This document shows, in pieces, positions 12,770-25,512 of a DNA stretch of 64,000 nucleotides. Position 1 is the first letter of the stretch. Every line of letters begins with the position of its first letter. Made by a program: the position numbers and the translations under genes. Location: assembly GCA_964234715.1 (NCBI GenBank), contig OZ174279.1. The stretch is one strand, 5' to 3'. This DNA comes from Podarcis melisellensis (Eukaryota). Under the pieces are notes generated by a model. It made no database searches. It was not told the origin of the DNA and was given only the letters and a program-made list of their open reading frames with translations.

Positions 12770-13215
12770 TCAAATATTGCAGTATTTCCTTATAAGGCAG
12801 TTGCTCCATCTCCTCAACCATGTTGGTTAACCTTTTCTGGACCTGTTCAGCCCCACAATATCCTTTCTCAGGTGAGGCAACCAGACCTGAACACAGTATT
12901 CAAAGTGTGGTCTCACCATTGATTTGTATAATGGGATTATGTTATTGGCAGTTTTCTTTTCAAACCCTTTCTTGCTGCTCCCTAACAGGAAATTAGTTTT
13001 TGTCCTAGCATCTGCACACTGCGTTGACATTTTCATCGAGCTATCCACCATGACCCCAAGATCTTTGTCCTGGTCAGTTCATAACCTATGAAGTGAGGAA
13101 TCGTTTTTGCCTCAATGCCCATCACTTTGCACTTGCTCACCCTGAATTTCATTTGCCATTTTGCTACCCATTCTCCCACTTTGGAGAGGTTCTTCTGGAG
13201 TTCCTTGCAATCCCA
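12770..13215 (-). mobile_element. CR1 LINE ORF2 fragment (frameshifted)
   Basis: LQKNLSKVGEWVAKWQMKFRVSKCKVM and PLYKSMVRPHFEYCVQVW.PHLRKD. Confidence 0.92.
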
Positions 13216-14439
13216 CACCTTCAATTCAGAGTAATTTTTGATATACTAACATGGGGGCAACCATTTGGCTTGATAAAGTTGATTACAATTATTCTAATCG
13301 GGTGAGGTTTTTAAATAAAAGATAAGCACTTTGATTCCCTCCCCCAACCAATTCATATTATTCTAAATTATTATGATTATCATGGGTTGCTGCTTCTGAT
13401 TTCTCCACTGTCTGCCAACAACAACAAAAATCCAGCTATTTTAAATAATGTTGCTTTATTTTTGGGAATATTTTTGCATTACATATGTATATGCCAAAAA
13501 CCCCATGTCCGTGACCACTGAATAAGACCTTTTGATCAAGACACATTTTGTTTTTTTAAAAATAATCTATGTTTGGGGGTTTTATGTTTATATTTGTATT
13601 ATAAATCTTCGTTTCCATATTGGCAGCACAGCATTTCATTTTTTTCTGATCCCAGTTTGCTTCTTATCGCTATGGTTTGCTTAACCAGTTTTGCTTAATT
13701 CATGGTTATTGGGCATAAATTCATCCCAGCAAATCAGCTGTGGGTGAAGCCAGGCACAAAGGACCATTGTACCAATGTATTTGATACCCAACTCATGATG
13801 AGGGTTGATTTTTCTTATTATCTGCGAGGCCAATCTATGTTAGCAAATTGCCAACGGGGTGAGTGCTTTAAATATTATTTATGAAAGGACATGTTCAATA
13901 CCCTCCCTGCCATAAAGTTTACTAAAGGATTATTAGGACTCTATTGTAGCTGGTAATTGTGTAGGCACACATGATAATTGCATGTATTTGCACTAATTAT
14001 GTAAATGCACAATAATTACTTAAGGGCTTTCCATGGTAGATTTCTGGAATATGTATGGATTTGTCACTGGAGCGGAGGGGATTGTCATGGAACGCTGGCA
14101 AAAAAAATAAACCAAAAAAATGGGGTGAGGGATGGGTGGACATTTAAGATGTTAAAACAGTTTTAAAGAGATAGCGCTGTACTAATGAAACATTTTGCTC
14201 TGTAGTAGATACAGACTACCCAGTTCTGTTACTCTAGAAAGTTGACTACAGTTTTCCACTAAGGCTAATTCACATGTCTGCCACTATTGAATCTTATCAG
14301 GCTCCATGTGGTTTGATTTCATTCTGGCCTGTTTCATCCCAGCTACTGACAATGATTTATTTTTTTCACTGCCACTTTAAAAATCATAATTATTGCTTAC
14401 TACATGGCATTGCTGAGGCTCTGCTACACAGCCATAGCT

Positions 14440-14875
14440 GAGTTAGAGTTGGTGCAGTGCCGGGGCTAAGAGAGGTCTGTGGTGCAAACCTTGCCACGCA
14501 CTAGCTGCTGATGGTACAGTGGTACCTCGGGTTACATATGCTTCAGGTTACATACTCTTCAGGTTACAGACTACCCTAACCCAGAAATAGTGTTTCAGGT
14601 TAAGAAATTTGCTTCAGGATAAGAACAGAAATTGGGCTCTGGTGGCACGGCAGCAGCAGGAGGCCCCATTAGCTAAAATGGTGCTTCAGGTTGAGAACAG
14701 TTTCAGGTTAAGTACGGACCTCTGGAATGAATTAAGTACTTAACCTGAGGTACCACTGTATATCTTAGATATGGGGACAGTAATGCTGACCTACTTTACA
14801 AGGTTGTTGTGAAGATGGCTGAGATAATGTGTGCGAAGTGCTTTGAACACTAAAAATGCTATGTAAACAACAGTG
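14440..14875 (+). mobile_element. MIR/CORE-type SINE remnant interrupted by a MITE
   Basis: ATGGGGACAGTAATGCTGACCTACTTTACAAGGTTGTTGTGAAG...AAGTGCTTTGAAC..AAATGCTATGTAAA matches a CORE/L2-type tail. Confidence 0.6.
14517..14758. mobile_element. Tc1/mariner MITE (family A)
   Basis: TA|CAGTGGTACCTCGGGTTA ... TAACCTGAGGTACCACTG|TA. Confidence 0.93.
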
Positions 14876-16475
14876 TCATTGAGATCAGGCGCTAGAAGGG
14901 AAATTTCCTGGAAGATGGTGCTTCTCCTTACGCTGGGGCCACTGTTCTTTTAGCACCCAGACAACACCCCTATATTGTATGGAAGAAAAGTGCAAAAGAT
15001 GGGGATGGGGCAGAGCGCACATACAAGTTCATTTGTCTCATCTGCGCATTATATTTCAGTGTACACCTATGTCTGAATGTGCACATCTTAGGCATACCTT
15101 AAATTAATGTATTGTGTGAAATTTCTTCCGCATTGGCCCTATATAAGAGAAAAGAACGAGCGAGTTTGCACACCTGTCGTTTACAGATGCTACAATATTC
15201 TATTTTTAGGTAAAAAACAATATTTTAATGCGGAAAATGTCAAAGTCATTTTACGCTGAGCGTATCTGTTCTTCAAATGAGTTATGTAAGTAAATGCTTA
15301 ATGGCCAGAATTCATTGGAAGTGTGGTTTGCGGTTAAGCCTAAAACTGGGAGTTAAGTGATGTGGGCACTGGGCTTTTCTCTGTAACATGCTTTTTTTAA
15401 GACCGTGGGCAAGACCCTTCAGATAACCACATATGTACCACATATGAGCCTAGTAGTTTTTACTGGGGTGATAAACATATGATTATTAGGTTCCACCTTT
15501 CACCACAGTCTGAGTGCTGCAAGGGTAGAAGACCTATTTGGATGGCCTACCCCTCAAAGCTTATAGATTCAGATGACATCTTTGGGGCATTTTTCTTCTG
15601 ACATGTCTGCTGGTTCTGTTGATGCCAAGGTCAAATTCGGGAATAGGGAATTAGCCTTGGTGGTAGTTACAATGAAGTTTTACTCAGAGTAGACCTGTTG
15701 AAATTAATGGACCTAACTTCATCATGTTCATTAATTTCAATGGATCTTCTCTGAGAAAAATTTAGATGGATACCACTCAGTAACTCCTAGATGTCCTCTC
15801 CCAAATTCTAGGCCAAGTTTTCCATCATGGTAGTCCTGGATAGCAGCTCACACCCACTTTGCTCCTCTACAGGCTTTTTAGTTCAGCATGAGACAGCAGC
15901 TAATCCAAGGTTGTCCGGACCTGGGATTGTGGTTGTCTCTCAACCACAACCTGTAACCATAGGAAAAACAGATTAAGGAGGAGAGACCGTGGCCATAATC
16001 CTGGCTACGACAACATGCTAAGTTAAGCCTTAGTTTAGTAGCCACACTACACTGACCTAAAAAGACCAGGGGGGGGGGGTGCAAAGTGGCTGTCATCTCC
16101 ACCTTCAGAACCAGTATGTTTCCGTGTTTGCACTTAGCCATGGCTTGGTTTAGTGGGATGTGCCAACACAGCCACAGAGTTCAGTCAGTTCTCTAGTTTT
16201 CTAAGGATAGTGACTAGAGTGCAAGTGACAAAAAAGTATTTCGCTACCAACCTTTTGCTACTCAGTTGGGCCCATCCAGACTTCGGCTTGAGCCCTATGC
16301 CCCACCACTTTCCCTAGGAAAACCCGCTCTTTAGCAATAAATCGGGAGCAAACGTCAGTCCAGAGAAAACCCAATTGATGTTTGCTCTGAATCAGTGGTT
16401 ACGATTGGGTTTCCCCAGGGGAAAGTGGCAGGGCAAGGTCAAGTATGGAAGAGGCCAAGTACCAGCGAGCATGTA

Positions 16476-16858
16476 CAGTGGACCCTTGAGTTACATACGG
16501 TTCTGGATACGTACCGGTAACTTTCGGGTTGCGAACGTGGCAAACCCAGAAGTGTATACCAGTGGCGTAGCGTGGGGGTGCAGGGGGGGCCGGCCGCACC
16601 GGGCGCAACATCTGGGGGGGCGCACTCGCAGCTCTCTGCCCCTACCGGGTTAGGGGGCGCAAATTACTTGCCTTGCCCCGGGTGCTGACAACCCACGCTA
16701 CGCCACTGGTGTATACTTCTGGGTTTCACCCTGCACGCATGCGCAGAACGCTCTATCATGCCACGCATGTGCACAGAAGTGACGCCTCCAGTTACGGACT
16801 TTTCAGGTTAAGTACAGACCCCTGGAACAAATTTAATTCATATCCGGAGGGTTCACTG
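16476..16858. mobile_element. Tc1/mariner MITE with nested hAT MITE
   Basis: TA|CAGTGGACCCTTG ... GAGGGTTCACTG|TA. Confidence 0.85.
16560..16708. mobile_element. hAT MITE (CAGTGGCGTAGCGTGGG TIR)
   Basis: 17-bp perfect TIRs. 8-bp TSD GTGTATAC at 16552-16559 and 16709-16716. Confidence 0.95.
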
Positions 16859-16929
16859 TATAGCTTTTCTAGGCAGTAAAAGTCTTATTATGCTCTGGCC
16901 TGCAGAGGGAGTTGGTGGAACCTCCAGAA

Positions 16930-17071
16930 CAGGCTTCCTCAACCTCAACCTCAGCCCTCCAGATGTTTTGAGACTACAATTCCCATTATCCCTACCCACT
17001 GATCCTGCTAGCTAGGGATCATGGGAGTTGTAGGCCAAAAACACCCAGAGGGCCGAGTTTGAGGGAGCCTG
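16930..17071. mobile_element. URR1-like hAT-Charlie MITE
   Basis: Palindromic CAGGCTTCCTCAA..CCCTCCAGATGTTTTG..ACTACAATTCCCA ... TGGGAGTTGTAG..GAGGG..TTTGAGGGAGCCTG. TSD C(T/C)CCAGAA. Confidence 0.85.
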
Positions 17072-19197
17072 CCCCAGAAGCTTGCACTGATCAATTTGCA
17101 AAATATTGTGCATAGATGGTTGTATTTCCCTGCTGCCTTCTTAGGGAAAGGTGGTGCTTCCCCTCAACCTTTGCAGAAAGAGAATTGGAGCAGAAAGGCC
17201 AAGGAGAAATTTTACATTTCGTTTTCTTCCTTAAGAACTGCCATAACACATAAATAAGTGAAATCAAATCATAATAACTCTTTCACTGAATTTTTTTTTA
17301 GTTACGCTGAAACAAGGTAACAAAACAAAACAAGCATTATTTTGGGAGCTGCATTGTAACATGGGAAACCATTTTATTTCTTGCTATTTTTGATGCTATT
17401 GCTTCTTGCAATAGCAAGAATAAAAAGAAAGAAAACCAGGCAGCTCCCTTGAGGGTAATTGATGACTTCCTGAGTTTTTGCACCACTTCTCCACTCCGCC
17501 TTCTCTAAAATTCTTTTGAGAGCGCTTTCTTTTTTAAAGCTGTCACATATGTTGGATATGTGGAACAACATATCCAACAAACATGGATGAGGCTATTAAA
17601 TGAATACTGTAGATATTTTTTTAAAAATAAAATAAAATAAAAATATTTTAATCCTCTTCTGAAATAAGAGGCAAGGGTCATATTCCAACAACATAGTGGA
17701 GATGGATGTAACATTTGTAGAGCATTTGGGGTGGTTTGAAAATGTTCTCATTGGCAAATGTACGTGCTACTTATATTATTAGTAGTAGCAATACAATGGA
17801 GCAGGCAAACCTGTCTAAAACATTGGGTGAGGAAGGATAATAGCCAACATAGCATTCAACTTGTTAAAATGGAAGTGTGAAGACAGCTATATATTCCGAG
17901 TGTGTCAAGAGTGGTTTGTACACTGCATTCTGAGGAATTTGTTTCCTGGGCAAAGAAAGTGTGTTCAAGCCATTTCCATCCTATTTAGAAATGTGTATCT
18001 GTCTTCAACCGAAGCTTGTAATGAAAACTGTAGAGCCAGACGGAAACCAGGCTCACACCATGGGTGAAGAATCTGCAGAGAGTTTTCTTTAAATATCACA
18101 TCAGGCCTCACCCCATGGAGCTAAGCATGGTTAAGGAGTCAATTGAAATCAATGGGTTTAACCATGCACAAACCTTTCCTGGATGTGGCCATGGTATGTT
18201 TATGTATTGCATATACATTTAGTTTCTGCCTTTTGTGCCTCTTGAAGTCTGTAATGATTTTATTGCTGGCTGTTATTTTGTGTGTTTTCTTCCATGTAGT
18301 TCGCAAAACCAAGGTGCACACTTCATGCTATCTAATCCAATTTGACCTTTGTCCTCTACTCTCAGAGGAGGAACAACCAACCTAAGCAAGCTTTAATATG
18401 CTTGCTTTTTGTTTGCAAGAAAGAAAGAAAGGTGCTGAAGAAAAGAAAAGCTCTTTGATATTATGAGATGGAACTTCATTACTGTGGATTCTTTGAAATC
18501 AGCCAATGAAAAGGCTAGGTGTACATGATCTTCAGCTTAGAATGTGAAGTCTGAAGGAGCTACACTTACTTTGTCTGGTCCTGCCAGACAAGTACTGGGG
18601 TTGGTATAAGTACACCTAGGTTTGGCGCAAATCCTTGCTCAATCTGGAGCTCATTGGTTCAAGTCTCCTTCAATTCTCTTTCCCATCTGCAAGTGGAAAT
18701 AACAGCTACAAAACTCAAATAGTTCCAGTGGGAAGCCAGCAAGTTAGGGGTGGCCACATGAGTTCCTGCAAAGAATATAGGGAACTGTAGTTTAAGGGTG
18801 CTTGGGACTGTGAGGGCTAAACTACAATTCCCAGGGCGGGGGAGGAGGAGTCATGTGCACTAAATATATGGCGAGTACACAGCCCGCGTCTCCTTGTTTT
18901 CCAGGCATGGTCTGTGCTTTAAGGTTCTGTGTCCAAGCGCTTTGGAGCTTTCCCTGTGAAAGCCCACTCTTTAAAGCTGACTTGGAGCAAACAGCAATCC
19001 GCAGAAAACCTGAATTGACCTTTGATCCAATTCAGCTTTAAAGAGCAGGTTTTTGCAGGGGAAGCTCTGGAGCAAAAGAAAAAGGGGGCACTTGGGCCCA
19101 GAACTTTAAAGTGTGGACCTGTGCCTGGAAAGAGTGAGGCAAAAGGTAAGTGTGGATAAGCCCTCATATCACCATGTTTGCTGTTCAACTCAGACTT

Positions 19198-19846
19198 GAG
19201 AGAAACTAGCCCCATTGTATATCAGGGGTGTGTGTGTGTGGAGAGATAGTCTCTTCCTTTAAATTCCTGGGAGTTTACCTCAGTGAAGACCTCACTTGGA
19301 AAATCAATACAACCCAGGTGGTTAGGAAGGCCCAACAGAGACTCCATTTCCTCAGGGTCTTGCGAAAGAACAATGTCAAACAAAAATTCATGATCTCCTT
19401 CTACTGGGCCACAATAGAAAGTGTCCTTTCATACTGTATAACAGTGTGATATGCTGGTTTGACAGCCACGGACAGGAAGTCCCTACAGAGGGTGGCAAAT
19501 ACAGCACATGACATCATGGGCTGTCCTCGGAGTACACTAGATGACATTGCAGGAGACCACTGCCTCAGGAAAGCGAGGAAAATTCTTAGGGACGACTCAC
19601 ACCCTGGCTGGCACTTCTTTAATCTCCTACCTTCAGGCAGGAGATACAGAAGTATAGTCAGCCGCACCAACAGGTTAAAGAACAGTTTTTATCCGTGGGC
19701 TGTTGGGCTGCTGAATGGAAAAAAATGGTGTAATTGACTTCCGAGCGTGAACAAGACTGAGTGTATGGAGGGGGGGGTCGTTTAATTTCACTGCACACAA
19801 GTGGTGTAGTGACAATAAAGGTTTATTATAATTATTATTTATTATT
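19198..19846 (+). mobile_element. Rex1/Babar LINE 3' fragment
   Basis: FKFLGVYLSEDLTW, KAQQRLHFLR, IESVLSYCITV*YAG, HPG..FF.LLPSGRRYRS and RLKNSFYP.A. ORFs 19228-19449 and 19459-19737 share a frame, split by one TGA at a W position. AATAAA and an (ATT)n tail follow. Confidence 0.92.
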
Positions 19847-19900
19847 ACTTGGCTGCCAGGTCACATGACCAAGATGAATGGGCTTAGGATCCAGCCTAAG

Positions 19901-20025
19901 CAGTGGCGTAGCGTGGGTTGTCAGCACCCGGGGCAAGGCAAGTAATTTGCGCCCCCTAACCCTAACCCCCAGATGTTGCGCCCGGTGCGGCCGCCCCCCC
20001 CCTGCACCCCCACGCTACGCCACTG
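19901..20025. mobile_element. hAT MITE (CAGTGGCGTAGCGTGGG TIR), opposite orientation
   Basis: Perfect TIRs. TSD AGCCTAAG at 19893-19900 and 20026-20033. Confidence 0.95.
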
Positions 20026-20890
20026 AGCCTAAGCACCCCCTGCCCAGTCCCACCCCCCACCCCTTGGAGCACTCATTTTCTAGGGCTTATGCCAGCAAGA
20101 TCTGCCTACCTTTGTTCAGCTGGCTGTCTTGGCTGAGCTAGGATGAAGGAGTTACATCATAGTATCTCTGGCCAACCAGGGAGATGGGGCCTTGTGCTCA
20201 GCTGCACCAGGAGTCGGCCAGATCCTAACTTGCTCATGCTGACAGATATTGAGTCTGGATGTCCAGAGGCTTATATGTGGAGTGGTGGCAGTACTACCCA
20301 AATTTTGGAGCTGAGGTTGACACTTTACCCCCTTGCAGGCTGGAAGCACACAGCAGGCTCTGTGACATGGACCTTTTAAACGAGTTGCCGACATCAATCT
20401 CCTCAAGAATGTTGTTTTAAAGCTTGTGCTCTGTTTTTATCGTTGTAGTGTTTTATTGTTACTGTGTTAATTTTATTGATACTTTGTTTTGTTGAAAAAA
20501 GTGTTGAAAACCAGACTATAAATTCTCCAAGTAAACACAATTAAAAACTGCTATCTACTCCATAGCTAAGAGATATTGTGCATCTACCGGTACTTTTTAT
20601 CCTTGCAGTAATACTATCAGGTTAATTATCAGCAACATGAAACCACTGAATTATACTACAGCAAGAGTTTAAACCCTATCACTTTAAACATTATCCGAGA
20701 CACAGGATTTCAAGCACATTACATGTGTGAATTGCCTTGCCAATGCCAGGATGGCAGCATCATCAAGAATTGTTCTCTGAATTATCACTGTTAATTATAT
20801 AATTACCACTGTCCATATGATTCTGAATTTCAAACCAAGTGTACATATACCTATAACTCTGGATTACACATCACACATTTGATTACTATG

Positions 20891-20958
20891 GTCTACAAAA
20901 GCTTATGCCATAATGAATTCGTGAGTCTTTAGGGTGCCACAAGACTCTGTTGTTTTTT
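20891..20958 (+). mobile_element. old Penelope-like terminal fragment
   Basis: AAAGCTTATGCCATAA...AGTCTTTAGGGTGCCACAAGACTCTGTTG is homologous to the 46134-46200 arm. Confidence 0.65.
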
Positions 20959-21603
20959 GTATCAGATTAGTCACCTTTATTCCCATTTTACAAAAACAGA
21001 GATCAAGAGAGATTGATTTGCCTAAGGTCAGTAGGAAAGTCTATGACTGTTGAGATATGTATGTTTCTTCCCAAGTTCTACACTCCAGCCACTGATTACA
21101 TCCCACCTTTCAGATCCAGGAGATATCTCCTGTTTCACTTATAGATGTGTGATCACTGCTGGTATGGAAGCTGACCTCTGGAGCTGGCCTCTTGAAGCAG
21201 CAATTTCTCAAATGACTTCTACAAAACCACAAATTAAGAAACACAAAATAGCTCTTGTTATAGAAAAGCTAAGGCATGATCATATAGGTACTACTGGCTG
21301 GGGAAGGCGGGAAAAAAATAAAATTTGTTATTATTATTACATAGAGGGCATTGCAACATTTTAATTGGTAGCACAAAGAATAGAATTTTAAACCCTGTCT
21401 CTAATGATGTCATGTTCTTTTTCTGTGGCTACTGATGCTGCCTTTCTTTAGAAGCATCTAGAATGCAGAAAAATAATGATTTAAATGATACTTTTTAAAA
21501 TTATCATCATCACCAAAACCAGAACCCCAAGTCATGATTCTTAAACTGTACTGAAATATCCAGTCTAAATATAGCAGACGTTTTATGACCATGCCCCCCC
21601 CAC

Positions 21604-21751
21604 CAGTGGCGTAGCGTGGGGGGTGCAGGGGGGGCCCGGCCGCACCGGGCGCAACATCTGGGGGTTATGGTTAGGGGGCGCAAATCCACGGGTTAGGGGG
21701 CACAAATTACTTGCCTTGCCCCGGGTGCTGACAACCCACGCTACGCCACTG
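21604..21751. mobile_element. hAT MITE (CAGTGGCGTAGCGTGGG TIR)
   Basis: Perfect TIRs. TSD CCCCCCAC at 21596-21603 and 21752-21759. Confidence 0.95.
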
Positions 21752-21799
21752 CCCCCCACGGAAATTCTTAAGTGAAATATCTACTGCTATAACAATACA

Positions 21800-22300
21800 T
21801 CCCCCTTTGCAAAATGCACATAACTTACACTGCTTGATTTCTGTCATTTTCCTACATGGATGGATTATTCCACACCCCAACGATTGTACCATACCACCCA
21901 AAAAACTCCTCCAAGGAAGTCTACCAATTCTTGAGCAGGACTCAAGACCATGTAGTATGATCAGACGCTGTTCATTTTCTGCCACATCCCCCCACAAATT
22001 TATATGACGCACTGAGCAGCTTGGAGCAAGCTGATACCTCCATGTTATGACTGACCACACTTAAAGTGAATACACTTTGGCTGGAAATGGTGCAGAGTGT
22101 TAGTACCAGGCCTAAATCTGAGGAAGGAGCAACAGAGAAGAGGTGGTCTGGCCACCACAGACCAGCCAAAGCACCTCTTCCTATAGGTAGAAATCCCATG
22201 CCCAATTTTAGAAGATACCCTTGTCCTACCTTCCCATGGGCCTGGATTTCTTGCTGCGCTGCAACCAAAAAAAGCAATGGACTGATGTAACCTTGCTCTC
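21800..22300 (+). mobile_element. possible decayed Ngaro/DIRS RNase H relic
   Basis: Manual translation LFHTPTIV..HPKNSSKEVYQFLSR...HFLPHPPTNLYDALSS resembles the FHCDN..VV.IINK.SSK..M.LLR...HIPG..N..ADALSR pattern. Contains stops and frameshifts. Confidence 0.45.
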
Positions 22301-22753
22301 AGTGAGTCATCTGGGGTAGATTTATAGCCAGCCATTACAGAGCAACTTTCCACCTGTGATTGCACAGATGAAAATTCTTTTGTGCTTGTTCCAACCTAAT
22401 TTCACCCCACCCCCCTGCACATACTATCAAATATTGCTGAAGGCTCACGGTTGTATTTATTTATCTTGCAAAACCCTGTTCTGCACTGATTTAAAAGCAA
22501 ACACAGCAATTATAAGATCAAGCAGCAGCATAAATAGTGATGTTCCCAGCAACCCACTTCCTTATTCTTCCTTAACCTGAATTTCTTGCCCTATATTTGA
22601 TTTCACCCTCTCTCACCTGCAGTACAAACTCACCTTTCCCCACCCAAATCCGAGTTTTAGGTTAGCACAATCAGTGGTTCTTAAGCTCCCCACCCCACCA
22701 CTTGAAAATCGCTAGGGATCCTGGTGGGCCACTTAATTAATATGTTTTGTTCT

Positions 22754-22975
22754 ACAGTAATTCGTTCCAGAGGTCTGTTTTTAACCTGAAACTGTTCTTA
22801 ACCTGAAGCACCACTTTAGCTAATGGGGCCTCCTGCTGCTGCCACGCCACCGGAGCACGATTTCTGTTCTCATCCTGAAGCAAAGTTCTTAACCCGAGGT
22901 ACTATTTCTGGGTTAGCGGAGTCTGTAACCTGAAGTGTATGTAACCTGAAGCGTATGTAACCCGAGGTACCACTG
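22754..22975. mobile_element. Tc1/mariner MITE (family A), left TIR mostly deleted
   Basis: Body nearly identical to 27969-28210. The right TIR GAGGTACCACTG|TA is intact. Confidence 0.88.
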
Positions 22976-23522
22976 TACAAATCAAGTCACATACATAGCT
23001 CGCATTTTAATGAACATATGACCAGGTACAAATATCCTTTTCAGTTCCACTATGTGTCTCTAGACCACTTGAGCAAAGCTTGCAAACGCCCTGTGGTTTG
23101 CAGACTGCAGTTTGAGAATATTCTAGTTAGAGGTTAAGTTGTTATAAAGAAGTCCATATTATTTGGGAAGCTGAGAATATATGCATGAGAAGATATATAT
23201 TTTAAGTATGCATTGTTAAAAATTATAACCCCAGTAAAATATTTAGAAAGACAGAGGGTGTTTAACCCAAAGAACAGAAATATGGCTGAAATCTGAGACA
23301 CTCCTATTTTTTTCTACAGTTCAAAATGCGCCTTCCCTGCTGCAGCATGTGAAATAGCAGACTGGGTTCTGAATGGTGAGCTAGTTGTGTTCAAGAAGGT
23401 GCAGTTCCATGTATGTGAACAAGCAATAAATGTATACCCAGCACTCAACTTGGTGAATTATTCTAGATTCCACAGGGAAGGGGCTGAAATTAGGAGAAAG
23501 GCAACACTAGAAGCTCTTAATT

Positions 23523-23526
<4 letters not shown>

Positions 23527-23567
<41 letters not shown>
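23527..23567. repeat. (AG)n microsatellite
   Basis: Direct reading. Confidence 0.95.
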
Positions 23568-23570
<3 letters not shown>

Positions 23571-23595
23571 GGAATAGTATTTTACCAAAGAGAGG

Positions 23596-24055
23596 TAATA
23601 ATAATAATAATAATAGCAATAGTAATAAATTTTAATTATACCCCGCCCTCCCCAGCCAGAGCCGGGCTCAGGGCAGCTAACACCAATAAAATCACAGTAA
23701 AAACATATTGGGGGTGGGGAACAATTTAAAATACAGGTTAAAATGCAATTTAAAATGCAGCATCATTTTAAAAGTAGCCTATAAATCAAGACCATAAGGG
23801 GGGGGGAACATAAGGGTCGGACTGAGTCCAAACCAAAGGCCAGGCGGAACATCTCTGTCTTGCAGGCCCCGCAGGACCCTAGTCTCTTGTGACAGAGCAT
23901 TCCACAAAGTTGGGGCCAGTACTGAAAAGGCCCTGGCCCTAGTTGAGACCAATCTAACCACCTTGCGACATGAGACCTCCAAAATGTTGTCATTTGTGGA
24001 CCTTAAGGTCCTCCACGGGGCATACCAGGGGAAGCGATCCCGTAGGTACCAGGAA
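23596..24055 (-). mobile_element. L2-clade LINE 3' fragment
   Basis: ORF 23779-23982 (VRLVSTRARAFSVLAPTLWNAL) is paralogous to the 10665-11339 C-terminus. It has the same 3' hairpin and an (ATT)n tail. Confidence 0.92.
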
Positions 24056-24722
24056 GCAGTGGTGGAGTTTCATGCTCTGGCACCGGGGGAGGGAGGAGAG
24101 CAGGTGGGGCGGGGCTGCCACACGTCCTGGGGGCATCGCGCTCAGCACAGGGGGGAGGGAGCCATGATGGCACCCCACCGGGATCGTGCTGGCGGGGGCG
24201 GTGCGCTCCCTCTGCACTCCTCTTCCTCTGCCAGTGCCAGGAAGTTCCTGATTATGGGCCCACTTGGAACAGGTCTTAGAGGTGACAACAAAACGGAATT
24301 GCAGCTGAATATGGCCACCAAGTACTGGGTTTCCCCTCCTCTCCATGTAATATTACATGGACTGTTTCATGAGATTGCCAGCCCCACAGCAGCTGTTGGG
24401 AAATACAGTCCATGAAGATACCACTTCACATATTTCCATAACTACATGTTATGGTAAGAAGATGGGAAAACATGATCTGGGAGACGTGCTTTTCACACCA
24501 ACCCTGTGTTCCCTCTGAGGCGCATGGAAAGCTGTGGTTCAAACACGGAGACACTGGATTTCACAGCTCTTTCCAGACAAATTTGCTCCCTCTTAAAGAT
24601 GCAATTAGGGAAAACAATGGAACCAGCCCTAATGTGACCACTCTTTCACCTTCCTCACTGTTTATCATATAATATCTTTAAGCAAAATTAAATTCATTCA
24701 TGCAGGGAGTATGAATATACTT

Positions 24723-24723
<1 letters not shown>

Positions 24724-24792
<69 letters not shown>
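24724..24792. repeat. (CT)n microsatellite
   Basis: Direct reading. Confidence 0.95.
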
Positions 24793-24797
<5 letters not shown>

Positions 24798-25512
24798 GCT
24801 CCTGTATTTAAATGAGGCCACACCTACCCCAGCTATGCAGGCAATTAGTAAGAAATTCACACATTATCCTGGCATTTCCTTGGAAAAAATCATGTACCAT
24901 GAATATTTTCACTATGACTCAGAGACATACCCTAAAATATTCGGTAGTATTTGTAACAATTAGCTATTGCTTTTCCCTTCTAGGAAACGAGAAGATATAC
25001 AATAGATAGCACTGAAGTCCCTTTGCCTTTTTAATTCTAGATTTTTCTCTCAGCTTTTGTTTCAAGAAAGGGGAAAAGCCAATTCTGCGAAAGAGAAATG
25101 AAGGCAGAAAAATAAATGGATTTTGCTTTTTATCGTTGGAAAATTAAACATTTACAAAAGAACACCCCAGGTTTCAATAATGAAAACAAAAGATGTATAA
25201 CTATGGGCTGAACTGTATGTGATACTAAATGTGTTGCTTGAAAATCAGGTGACCCGATACTAAGGAGGACATAGGTACCATGAGCATCTACAAAGTAAGA
25301 TGCAATTGCCCAAATACCTAAACAGATATTAAATATAAGAAACCTCTTATACTTTAAAAAACCAACCAACCAACAAACCTATTTTCATTAATCAGAAACA
25401 GTGACAAAAGCCGCAATCTTATACAAATATAGTTGGGACATATGCCCCATTAAATTGAATTGAGTTTGCCTCTGCGTAGACATGTATAGGATTGCACTGT
25501 AAGACAACCTAG

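Noticed and set aside
23963-24415. 150-aa ORF
   Set aside because: It spans an L2 antisense fragment and a GC-rich transposon piece.
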